From an uncultured virus (IMG/VR IMGVR_UViG_3300023081_000006) (lineage: Duplodnaviria > Heunggongvirae > Uroviricota > Caudoviricetes), in IMG/VR virus record IMGVR_UViG_3300023081_000006: a stretch of DNA of 64,000 nucleotides; one strand, given 5' to 3'. This document shows positions 9,879 to 17,825 of the stretch, in pieces. The notes beneath the pieces were generated by a model. The model was given only the letters and a program-made list of their open reading frames with translations. It was not told where the DNA came from and did not search any database. Both the position numbers and the translations under genes were made by a program. Numbering within the stretch: the first letter of the stretch is position 1; each line of letters opens with the position of its first letter.

Positions 9879-10289
9879 TTAGATGACCACTTTCTTTCTA
9901 TTGAGTAAGTGGGCTTCTTCTATATCCTCTTTGGATTGACCAAAATAAGCAACACCCAAGTGTTCTCGAATCATTATATCTTTTACGCTTTGGTCTCTAT
10001 CTTCCTTGGCATCGTACACGATAAACTCTCCAAGGATACGACCAAATTTCCCTGTGGCGTCTTTGTGAGTCCGTAAAGTTGATTCTTTCCCAAGGGCCGT
10101 TTTAAGAAATGCCTTCGCCATAAGTCCGTATTGCTTTTCAACCTTATCTCTTGTCCGGCTTTCAGGAGTGTCAATTCCATATAATCGCACTCGTTGGTTA
10201 CGATACCATATTCCGAAACCGAGATCAATGTCGACATCCACGGTGTCACCATCTACTACCCTTACGATTTTACATTTATACTCGTACAT
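9879..10289 (-). CDS. Thermonuclease (SNase-like) family nuclease
   Basis: VVDGDTVD, RLYGIDTPE, GKFGRILG. Confidence 0.9.
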   Translation of the reverse strand: MYEYKCKIVRVVDGDTVDVDIDLGFGIWYRNQRVRLYGIDTPESRTRDKVEKQYGLMAKAFLKTALGKESTLRTHKDATGKFGRILGEFIVYDAKEDRDQSVKDIMIREHLGVAYFGQSKEDIEEAHLLNRKKVVI

Positions 10290-10290
10290 A

Positions 10291-10623
10291 TCAACCTTTT
10301 AAAGTTTGCTTAGTAACAATATTATTGTCCGGAACAAGAAGTCCTGAACCAAATCGTCTATTGTATTCATTTAGCAAAGATGTCTCAGGTTGATAAATTG
10401 AAACGATGTGAGCTGGCATAATAGGTACTTTATGCTCTTTAGCAAAAGGAGCATAGGGAGCAAGGCCAATGCCAAACTCATTGGGATTATCCTGTTTAGG
10501 AACCATCATTATTAAACAAGGTTTATTGGCTAGAACAAATTCCCTGCCTTCAACTTGTATCTCTTCGATATCTCCAATGATGTCCTCACCAGATGATAAT
10601 TTTATAATTTGGACATTGGCCAT
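10291..10623 (-). CDS. Conserved T4-like hypothetical protein (Sm-like fold?)
   Basis: IIKLSSGEDII N-terminus, of a type common between hsp20 and gp43. Confidence 0.65.
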   Translation of the reverse strand: MANVQIIKLSSGEDIIGDIEEIQVEGREFVLANKPCLIMMVPKQDNPNEFGIGLAPYAPFAKEHKVPIMPAHIVSIYQPETSLLNEYNRRFGSGLLVPDNNIVTKQTLKG

Positions 10624-10633
10624 GCTTTATTCC

Positions 10634-11074
10634 TTATTTAACTTTGATTGTTGTTGCTTTCTTTTCTTCTGGAACTTCTCTAATCAGAGTGATTAAAAGC
10701 ATTCCATCTACAAACTCTGCATCTTCTACTTTAACATGTTCTGCTAATGCAAATGTTCTTGTGAAGTTACGAGCTCCAATACCCTTGTGATAAAATTCTC
10801 TTTTATCTTCGCCTCGGTCTTGTACACCTTGAACAACGAGTTTATTACCTTCGGGTACTAGGTTGATGTTAAATTCATCTTTTGTGAAACCTGCTGCTGC
10901 AATTTCAATAATGAATTTTTCATCTTCAACCTTTACAATATTGTAGGGTGGATAATTGTTTGCAATCTCTGAAACATTCACAAGATTGTCTAACATTCTA
11001 TCAAAACCTACAGTGAAAGGTTTTACATCATTTAAAAAATCAGCCATGTTGGCTGTAGTATATCTTCTTACCAT
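10634..11074 (-). CDS. hsp20: Small heat shock protein Hsp20 (IbpA-like)
   Basis: NYPPYNIVK, HKGIGARNFTRTF, DGML. Confidence 0.95.
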   Translation of the reverse strand: MVRRYTTANMADFLNDVKPFTVGFDRMLDNLVNVSEIANNYPPYNIVKVEDEKFIIEIAAAGFTKDEFNINLVPEGNKLVVQGVQDRGEDKREFYHKGIGARNFTRTFALAEHVKVEDAEFVDGMLLITLIREVPEEKKATTIKVK

Positions 11075-11131
11075 TTTAGTTTCCTCCTATATTTAGCAAG
11101 GTTAGTTATACGAGACCCTTTCGGCGTCTCA
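11075..11131 (-). promoter_or_regulatory. Structured hsp20 5' UTR: GNRA hairpin plus ROSE-like SD-sequestering hairpin
   Basis: GAGACGCC-GAAA-GGGUCUC, then CCUUGCUA-AAUA-UAGGAGG with a bulged G opposite the SD. Confidence 0.7.
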
Positions 11132-11135
11132 ATTT

Positions 11136-11143
11136 TATTTATA
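11136..11143 (-). promoter_or_regulatory. Late promoter TATAAATA (hsp20)
   Basis: Exact consensus, intergenic. Confidence 0.8.
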
Positions 11144-11148
11144 AAAGT

Positions 11149-11733
11149 TTAAGGGTTTTGATTAAATTCACCTTCCCTAAACCACAAATTAACAGCCCAC
11201 TTTTCTCCTAGTCCTACAGGCTCTCCGCCATGTAAAGCAAATGGGTGTTCAATGTTTGTTCCGGGATAACATGTATGAAAAATTATTAAGCGACCCTGAA
11301 CTGCATCTACTCTTCTAGACAGTTTAGGAAAAATTGTTCCTCCCCCAGAAGTAGGAGTATTCAAATACATTAATGCAGTTAGAACTCTTTGTCCTCCCGA
11401 CTTAATAAGTTCTGGATTTTTTACAAGATCAAAAGTATCATGATGTGGTTTGTATTCTTGTGTTTTATCATATCGAATAACTTGAGGCGGCTCACTCTGA
11501 GCAGGATGTATTCCTACTTTGGATGCTACCTTTTCCATAAACGTTTTGACAAAGGAATCAGTATGAGATAGCCAATGTTGATAGCTAGTCCTTGCATCTG
11601 TTATTGGATTGTCTTTGTCAAAAACTTTTGAACGTTCTAAATGATCTCGACTCATTTCTATTATAGTTTCGCATTCGTAACTCGTTAGAAAATTGTCCTC
11701 ATAATATATAAGCGGCGTCAAATTTAGGATCAT
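11149..11733 (-). CDS. Prolyl 4-hydroxylase-like 2OG-Fe(II) oxygenase
   Basis: RTS, YKPHHD, QRVLTALMYLN, GGGTIFP, LHGGEPV, KWAVNLW. Confidence 0.92.
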   Translation of the reverse strand: MILNLTPLIYYEDNFLTSYECETIIEMSRDHLERSKVFDKDNPITDARTSYQHWLSHTDSFVKTFMEKVASKVGIHPAQSEPPQVIRYDKTQEYKPHHDTFDLVKNPELIKSGGQRVLTALMYLNTPTSGGGTIFPKLSRRVDAVQGRLIIFHTCYPGTNIEHPFALHGGEPVGLGEKWAVNLWFREGEFNQNP

Positions 11734-11739
11734 ATTATG

Positions 11740-12162
11740 TTATCGTTTTTTACCTATGTTGTACTTTGGAATTAAATCCCATTGATCTTTTTCTTTAAAA
11801 GCAATTATTTTAATCTGACTTAGAGGGGCTAAATTTTCTTCCTCTAATTCAATTAAAAGTTTTACAAGTCCCCAATCTTGTAGAAGTTTACCTATTGTGT
11901 TCCTTCTTTGCAAATCGTTCTCTGTAAAATCTGCCGCTTTGCCGTCTAAAGCAAACAGTTCTTTAAAATGCGTAATAAAGTATCTTCCCTTCTTGTGTAA
12001 AATATGACAAGACTGAAAAAGAACATTATCCTTTTTAGAAGCAATGCCTATTCTAGACAATGTTTCCCTGACTTTTAAGAAGTCATCAGGACTGTTGAGT
12101 TCTATCTCTAAAGGAAAATAACCTGGAAAATTAATATCAAAGAAATCTTCTTTGTTGTTCAT
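11740..12162 (-). CDS. regA: Translational repressor RegA
   Basis: FLKVRETLSRIG, QSCHILHKKGRYFITHFKELF, KYNIG. Confidence 0.97.
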   Translation of the reverse strand: MNNKEDFFDINFPGYFPLEIELNSPDDFLKVRETLSRIGIASKKDNVLFQSCHILHKKGRYFITHFKELFALDGKAADFTENDLQRRNTIGKLLQDWGLVKLLIELEEENLAPLSQIKIIAFKEKDQWDLIPKYNIGKKR

Positions 12163-12210
12163 CTCATTTACCTTATAACTAATCCATAATTACTCTATGG
12201 AATTCTTAGT

Positions 12211-12218
12211 TATTTATA
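12211..12218 (-). promoter_or_regulatory. Late promoter TATAAATA (regA)
   Basis: Exact consensus overlapping the gp62 stop; CCATA...TATGG hairpin just downstream. Confidence 0.65.
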
Positions 12219-12672
12219 ATTTTCCACCTTTAGATGATTTTAGGTATTCCTTGATCTCCTCAATGTTCTCTGGAGTTAAAATTCTTAAGGCTTCTTTTGC
12301 CTTATTGAAACTGTAACCAAAATACTTTTGTACTGCTTCAAGATTTTCTTCTTCACTTTTCAACCATTTGTTGTAGCGTTTCTTTTTGCGAACAACAGCA
12401 CAAAGAAAATCATACTGCATCTTTTTATCTAAATGAGATCTAGAATTCATTTCATTGCCAGCAATAACTGTATCAGCACCATACCCCATAGCACGATTAA
12501 CTATAAAAGGATTGTATTGATTCTCTGTCCAATCATCTACAATCAAATTTTCTTTGGTGTAGTTTATGCTATTGGCAAAATCAAAAGGGGAGATCTTCGC
12601 AAGTTTTTCTACGAAATCTTCTTCATTGATTTCACTTACTGCTGGACCAAAGCCTTCTAAAATACTTTCCAT
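12214..12672 (-). CDS. gp62: Clamp loader small subunit
   Basis: YNPFIVNR, QYDFL, YFGYSFNKA; synteny upstream of regA. Confidence 0.93.
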   Translation of the reverse strand: MESILEGFGPAVSEINEEDFVEKLAKISPFDFANSINYTKENLIVDDWTENQYNPFIVNRAMGYGADTVIAGNEMNSRSHLDKKMQYDFLCAVVRKKKRYNKWLKSEEENLEAVQKYFGYSFNKAKEALRILTPENIEEIKEYLKSSKGGKL

Positions 12673-12815
12673 CAACGACCTCTGATCTGATAGGAAGATG
12701 CTAAAAGTTCTGCATTCTTCATCATAAAGTCTGCCTCATAATAAGAACCAAACCCTACTAATAATAATAAAACAATAAATGCAAATACTAATACTGCTCT
12801 TTTCATTCTGTTCAT
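12672..12815 (-). CDS. 47 aa single-pass membrane peptide
   Basis: Manual translation MNRMKRAVLVFAFIVLLLLVGFGSYYEADFMMKNAELLASSYQIRGR; ATGA and TGATG overlaps with both neighbours. Confidence 0.6.
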   Translation of the reverse strand: MNRMKRAVLVFAFIVLLLLVGFGSYYEADFMMKNAELLASSYQIRGR

Positions 12816-12922
12816 TCTGATAAAGTCTTGTTTACTACTTTGGCAAGTCTACCACGTTTCATGAACTTGTGAAAAGCCTTTAGTTTCTTTTTTAATTGTT
12901 TTTTTATTTTCGTTTTTTTCAT
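12812..12922 (-). CDS. 36 aa lysine-rich peptide
   Basis: Manual translation MKKTKIKKQLKKKLKAFHKFMKRGRLAKVVNKTLSE; ATGA overlap with the gp44 stop. Confidence 0.55.
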   Translation of the reverse strand: MKKTKIKKQLKKKLKAFHKFMKRGRLAKVVNKTLSE

Positions 12923-13866
12923 TTAAACTCCACGTTTGCCATAATTTCAGTTAAGCAGGCAGTAAGATTAATTTCTTGATCTGCTACAAACGCTGCTTTA
13001 TACTGATAGTCTGCAATAAGTAAAACAAGCTGAGGTATAGATTTAATCTCAGGCAGTAGAGTATCATAGATGTATCTAAAGATGCCTTGTGGATCTGTAT
13101 CAACATTGTTGGCAACCCATTGTCGCATCTTACGCCAATCCTTTTCTTTCAAGGAAGCAATCAACTCCTTTGTGTTGATTTCTGCAAAGTTGCTGAGAAT
13201 GCCTTCATCAATAACACCTGCCGCAGAATACCTTTGTAGTTCATTAATAACACGTCGATAGTCTGGGAAGTATTTAATCAATAAATCTGCCAATACTTTT
13301 TCATGATACTTAATGCCTTCAGAATTAAGAATGTCCTGCATTCTTTTCATAAAGGCACTTGCTAACTTAGGCTTATTACCGTTACCTGTTTTAAATTCAA
13401 TAACCGTAGTCCTGGAATGTAGTGGACTAATGATACGATTTTTATAGTTACATGTAAAAATAAACCTACAGTTTTCAGAGAATGTTTCTATAAACGCACG
13501 TAGAGCAGGCTGAACACTATCCTTGTTTAGATAGTCTGCCTCATCTATGATTACAACTTTTGTTTTTCCTTCAAAACTAATTGAACTAGCAAAGTCCTTA
13601 ATTTTAGTTCTTAAGGTATCAATTTGCCTGCCTTCATCTGAACCGTTAATAATGATGTAATCACATCCTAACTGTTCACACAAGGCTCTTGCTACTGTAG
13701 TCTTACCTGTACCTGCGGTGCCACACAAAAGCAAATTAGGAACTTCTCCTTTATTGAGAAACTCCTTAAATGTTTTTTTAGTGTCCTCAGGTAGAATACA
13801 GTCATCAATATTCTGTGGGCGATACTTTTCTACCCATAGAAACTGCTCTGCTCTACTTTCCATCAC
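12919..13866 (-). CDS. gp44: Clamp loader large subunit
   Basis: LWVEKYRP, GTAGTGKTT, IDEAD, LHSR. Confidence 0.97.
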   Translation of the reverse strand: MMESRAEQFLWVEKYRPQNIDDCILPEDTKKTFKEFLNKGEVPNLLLCGTAGTGKTTVARALCEQLGCDYIIINGSDEGRQIDTLRTKIKDFASSISFEGKTKVVIIDEADYLNKDSVQPALRAFIETFSENCRFIFTCNYKNRIISPLHSRTTVIEFKTGNGNKPKLASAFMKRMQDILNSEGIKYHEKVLADLLIKYFPDYRRVINELQRYSAAGVIDEGILSNFAEINTKELIASLKEKDWRKMRQWVANNVDTDPQGIFRYIYDTLLPEIKSIPQLVLLIADYQYKAAFVADQEINLTACLTEIMANVEFK

Positions 13867-13891
13867 TTACTCCATAATATAATAAAAAAAC

Positions 13892-14446
13892 TTACTTACC
13901 AATTCGCTCTTTAATGTCAGCGGTATCATTTAGTGTAAGTTCAATGTGCCGTCCACCTTTCAAATAAGTTAGCACAGTTTGAGGATCAGATACTTCATAT
14001 GGATCCTCAGGGTGGTTTGCAGATTTACCTGGCTCTTCAAACAGCTTTTCTACTTCGCCGTTATTAACAACCATTGCATATCTCCAAGACCTAATACCAA
14101 AGCCTAAATTGTCTTTGGCGACAAGCATATTCATAGAATGTGTAAACTTAGCAGAACCATCTGGGATAAGTTTAACATTTTTAATTCCCAAGTCCTTTGC
14201 CCACGCATTCATTACAAAAGTGTCGTTGACACTTAGGCAATATACTTCGTCAATGCCATGCGCTTTAAACTCATCATAGAGTTCGTCATAGCCAGGTAAT
14301 TGATAGTTAGAACATGTAGGAGTAAATGCACCTGGCAGTGCAAACAATACTACACGCTTACCTTCAAATACTTCTTTAGATGTTAGTTCAGCCCATTCGC
14401 TATCTACACGAACAGGCCAACTAAGATCAGATACTAAATTAAGCAT
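13892..14446 (-). CDS. Peroxiredoxin (Prx5/redoxin type)
   Basis: PGAFTPTCS, SVNDTFVMNAW, RSWRYAM. Confidence 0.93.
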   Translation of the reverse strand: MLNLVSDLSWPVRVDSEWAELTSKEVFEGKRVVLFALPGAFTPTCSNYQLPGYDELYDEFKAHGIDEVYCLSVNDTFVMNAWAKDLGIKNVKLIPDGSAKFTHSMNMLVAKDNLGFGIRSWRYAMVVNNGEVEKLFEEPGKSANHPEDPYEVSDPQTVLTYLKGGRHIELTLNDTADIKERIGK

Positions 14447-14449
14447 CTT

Positions 14450-14623
14450 TTATTCTCCATCACTGAAAGGATCAAAAGTTTCATTAAGAATTTTTTTAAT
14501 CATAGTCAAAGCTTGATTAGGTCTAGTGAAGATAAATTCTGCACCATCATCTGAATTAGAAACTTCAAGTACCCAACCATTGGATACTTCCCTTAGGTTA
14601 AAATTTAATTTTCCTTCTTCCAT
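14450..14623 (-). CDS. Hypothetical protein
   Basis: SD GGAGA before ATG 14623; 57 aa. Confidence 0.6.
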   Translation of the reverse strand: MEEGKLNFNLREVSNGWVLEVSNSDDGAEFIFTRPNQALTMIKKILNETFDPFSDGE

Positions 14624-14624
14624 A

Positions 14625-15287
14625 TTATTCTCCAATTTCTGAAGAGCGTTCAAGTGCCAACCAATACTTAAGATCAGATTTGCTGTTCTGTAAGAACATA
14701 AACTTCTTCTTAGAGATTGTAACCTTGTATGATCCAGGAACTACTTTTAAATTTTCAATCTGCAGTCTTGCATCAAACTCTACAGTAGCATCACCAATAA
14801 CTTGCTTAAAGCTGTTACTCTTAGGCGTGCTAGGATCACCTACAGTAAGTGTTACCTTACCACCACTTGCCACGATACTTAGCATAGGTGCACCTGTAAT
14901 CGCGGCTGCTTTCATAATCATACCCAAGTTTTCTGAGGACAAGTCGAATGAGTAGAAATCATCTACATCAATAGTCTTGTCGGGAGCAGAAACAATAATG
15001 TTAGGGTCTGCATAAAAGTATTCAAACTCACTACTACCTTTAATCACTTTAAGAGATTCATCACCAAACTCTACGTCGGTGTCCTCCATAAGTGTAAGTA
15101 AAGCAAGTAAGCTATTAAGATCATAGATAGCGAACTCTTTATCAAAAGTTTCATCTACGACTGCTCGTGCGAAAATGTTCTTTCCTGTACTAATTGTAGA
15201 AAGAACATTTCCTTGTCGAACGAGAATGTTGGAATTTACCGTTGCGAAATTCTTAAGAACTTCGAGGGTAGTTTTACTGATTTTCAT
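14625..15287 (-). CDS. gp45: Sliding clamp
   Basis: LKNFATVNSNI, FAIYDLN, YWLALE. Confidence 0.96.
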   Translation of the reverse strand: MKISKTTLEVLKNFATVNSNILVRQGNVLSTISTGKNIFARAVVDETFDKEFAIYDLNSLLALLTLMEDTDVEFGDESLKVIKGSSEFEYFYADPNIIVSAPDKTIDVDDFYSFDLSSENLGMIMKAAAITGAPMLSIVASGGKVTLTVGDPSTPKSNSFKQVIGDATVEFDARLQIENLKVVPGSYKVTISKKKFMFLQNSKSDLKYWLALERSSEIGE

Positions 15288-15318
15288 AATATAGTTTACT
15301 CCATTATTAAGTCCGTAT

Positions 15319-15347
15319 ATTATACGAACAAATTCAAATTAAGTCAA
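15319..15347 (-). promoter_or_regulatory. Sigma70-type promoter for the gp45 operon
   Basis: TTGACT-17 bp-TATAAT. Confidence 0.85.
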
Positions 15348-15364
15348 GTGTTTGGTGTACCGTT

Positions 15365-15718
15365 TTATAGATTAGATACTGCTGCTAGCATATCTGAATG
15401 TGTAACAGGCTGACCATTAACAGTAACTTCAATAGTAATACCGTCTGCTTCAGCTCTTTCTCGCATATCAGTCATTACAGCCTGTCCATCATTTTGCAAT
15501 AAAACTCTTAAATGATTTTGCCAAGATTCCAAGTCTGGCGCTGTATGAGTGGCAATAAGCTGTAATCCTGTCTCACCAAACTGATAAGATAACTCAATAT
15601 TGTTATCCACAATGGATGCCATTCTCGCATTATCCCAATCCATTTGTTCTACAGAAGGAGACGTAAAGTCTATGTCTGTATTGGGACGGGTATATGTGTA
15701 TACAACGACGTGTGCCAT
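15365..15718 (-). CDS. Hypothetical protein, probably late-expressed
   Basis: SD AGGAGA; late promoter at 15754-15761. Confidence 0.7.
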   Translation of the reverse strand: MAHVVVYTYTRPNTDIDFTSPSVEQMDWDNARMASIVDNNIELSYQFGETGLQLIATHTAPDLESWQNHLRVLLQNDGQAVMTDMRERAEADGITIEVTVNGQPVTHSDMLAAVSNL

Positions 15719-15752
15719 TTTTTATTCTCCTAGTTTAGGGTTAAGTGCCTAC

Positions 15753-16028
15753 TTATTTATAATTCCTATCATGTTCATTTAATGCTAAAAGGGCATAATG
15801 TAGGATTTTAAATAAATCCTTTCTATTAAATCCATCCTTTTTGCCATATCGTTGTGCATACTTTAGAACATTTCCTAAAAAGAATCCCATACCGTGTCCG
15901 CAGTCCATAATGAACTCAGAGGATTGGAATTGAGATTTGCTATAATGTTGATTGTATGTAACATCCACATACTCTTTTAACTCTTGAATGAGTTGATCTT
16001 CGTTAAATTTATAATTGGGCTTTGGCAT
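15753..16028 (-). CDS. DUF3310-like phage protein
   Basis: QHYS, GNVLKYAQRYGKKDG, DLFKILHY. Confidence 0.8.
   Translation of the reverse strand: MPKPNYKFNEDQLIQELKEYVDVTYNQHYSKSQFQSSEFIMDCGHGMGFFLGNVLKYAQRYGKKDGFNRKDLFKILHYALLALNEHDRNYK
15754..15761 (-). promoter_or_regulatory. Late promoter TATAAATA
   Basis: Exact consensus at the gene boundary. Confidence 0.65.
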
Positions 16029-16545
16029 CTGTTAATCTCAAATAAGTAAATAAGATATATCTATCTTTTGTATCCTCTGGAATGCACAGCTTATGTAAAA
16101 ATGTGCATGGGAAAATAGATATATCACCTCGAACGTGCGGTAAGTCTGCACCTGCTATTGGGAGCTTAATAAATCCGTCGGTACTATTTAGTGTACACAA
16201 TAGCATCCAACGTCTTTTATGTGTACCATAGTTATCAAAGAAGGATTGTACTTCTACACCTTTAGGTATTTTACAAAGGTAAGGTGCTTCCCATTCTAAA
16301 CTTTCATGTTCTAAATCATCATGAAGCGGTGCCTCTTCCATTAGTCCTTTGTATGAACCTAGTACAGAATTAAAATTATTATACATACCTGCCATAGGTT
16401 TTAATGCCCCTACGTCAGTATGTATTTTTATTCCTCCGGCATCTACTGCCGTTTTTAGACCTTTTTTGGATATAGATACGAGCTCCCGACAAACATCTGC
16501 CGGGAGTGCTTTTCCGAACCTACGAATAAAGTTAGAAAGTTTCAT
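16009..16545 (-). CDS. Divergent 2OG-Fe(II) oxygenase-like protein
   Basis: GDISIFPCTFLH...RYILFTY resembles the C-terminus of the fold; HxD motif not evident. Confidence 0.45.
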   Translation of the reverse strand: MKLSNFIRRFGKALPADVCRELVSISKKGLKTAVDAGGIKIHTDVGALKPMAGMYNNFNSVLGSYKGLMEEAPLHDDLEHESLEWEAPYLCKIPKGVEVQSFFDNYGTHKRRWMLLCTLNSTDGFIKLPIAGADLPHVRGDISIFPCTFLHKLCIPEDTKDRYILFTYLRLTDAKAQL

Positions 16546-17701
16546 CGAACTCGTCTTGCTCCTGTGCTTCTATAGGCTGAGGATTAGTTGGATCAACCTT
16601 TGTATACAAATCTACAAACGCTGCCTTTGTATCCTCATCAAACCTATTTACACAAAGTTGAACAGCCTTTAGCTTGTCTTTAAACATGGCGTATGCGTTT
16701 ACAATGTGCTCAAGTCGACGGGTACTAACTAGCTCGTCTATGGCACCCTCGAAGTAAGTCTTACGAATTACCTCGGACCATGTTACAAGGTGTGTAGCAA
16801 ATTCTTCATCTATACACTCTGCCTTAGCCATCTTGTTGAGAACAATCTTTTTCTCAACGGCTGCTGTAGGATACTCCTGCTCCACGGTGATAGCAAACCT
16901 CTCCAGGAACGCCTCGTCTAATAGTTGGGCGCTGATAAATTTGCCGTCATCTGAACCACGGCCTTTTGTATTAGCGGTTGCTACTACTGTAAACCCTGGA
17001 GCAGGAGCGACGGTCTCGCCAGTCTTCTTGTTGAAATACGCTTTACCTTCAAGGATGGCCTGGAGACACATCAACTTGTTGGATCCGCGGTCTACTTCAT
17101 CAAGGATAAGAACCGCGCCACGTTTCATGGCGGTGAGGACCGGTCCTTCTCGATAGACGACGTTACCATCAACTAGGGTATTGCCACCGATCAAATCATC
17201 TTCGTCGGTTTCAATACTAATGTTTACACGAATCGCCTCACGTTTTAGATTCGCACATACTTGTTCTACCATCGTAGTCTTACCGTTACCGGAGAGACCT
17301 GAGATAAAAATTGGATAAAACATTGCTGACTCTAATACACGCTTAAGGTCTCGGTAGAAACCAAATGGGACAAATGTCGTGTCCTTCTGCGGTACCAAGT
17401 TCTGAATGTCTACGGTTAGTTTTGCCTGTGTAACAACCTTAGCCTCAGGAGTAACAACCTCAAGGATTGGCTTGGCTACAGGCTTAGGTGCGCTAACAAT
17501 TGGAGACATGTTACCTTGGAACATGCCTGCTAGGTTATAAACACCTCGGCTAATTTTATAGTCGTCCTTGTTGACAATCCAACCTGGAAAAGCTAGTCCA
17601 AGTTCTTCGGCTGTCCTAAGGATGTCAATACGCTTAAAGATGCCGTCGGCATTGTCTTTTTCTTTAAGAGCATTAATAAGTATTTTACGATCATTTTGCA
17701 T
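16532..17701 (-). CDS. CobS/MoxR-like AAA+ ATPase
   Basis: GLSGNGKT, LILDEVD, TANTKGRG, AFLERF; SD GAGG before ATG 17701. Confidence 0.92.
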   Translation of the reverse strand: MQNDRKILINALKEKDNADGIFKRIDILRTAEELGLAFPGWIVNKDDYKISRGVYNLAGMFQGNMSPIVSAPKPVAKPILEVVTPEAKVVTQAKLTVDIQNLVPQKDTTFVPFGFYRDLKRVLESAMFYPIFISGLSGNGKTTMVEQVCANLKREAIRVNISIETDEDDLIGGNTLVDGNVVYREGPVLTAMKRGAVLILDEVDRGSNKLMCLQAILEGKAYFNKKTGETVAPAPGFTVVATANTKGRGSDDGKFISAQLLDEAFLERFAITVEQEYPTAAVEKKIVLNKMAKAECIDEEFATHLVTWSEVIRKTYFEGAIDELVSTRRLEHIVNAYAMFKDKLKAVQLCVNRFDEDTKAAFVDLYTKVDPTNPQPIEAQEQDEFDETF

Positions 17702-17744
17702 AATATAAGTCCTCACAAATATATCAATTTCTTCAGTTTATGTG

Positions 17745-17795
17745 TATATGATAGCACCTTTTACGCTAAAAGTCAAGCATTTTTTTGACTTTTTT
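17745..17795 (-). repeat. 51 bp promoter cassette, copy 1 (sigma70 TTGACT-17-TATCAT with A-tract UP element and inverted repeat)
   Basis: Identical to 20070-20120 by direct comparison. Confidence 0.9.
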
Positions 17796-17825
17796 GCATC
17801 TTTTTTGCCCAAGTATATCAACATG

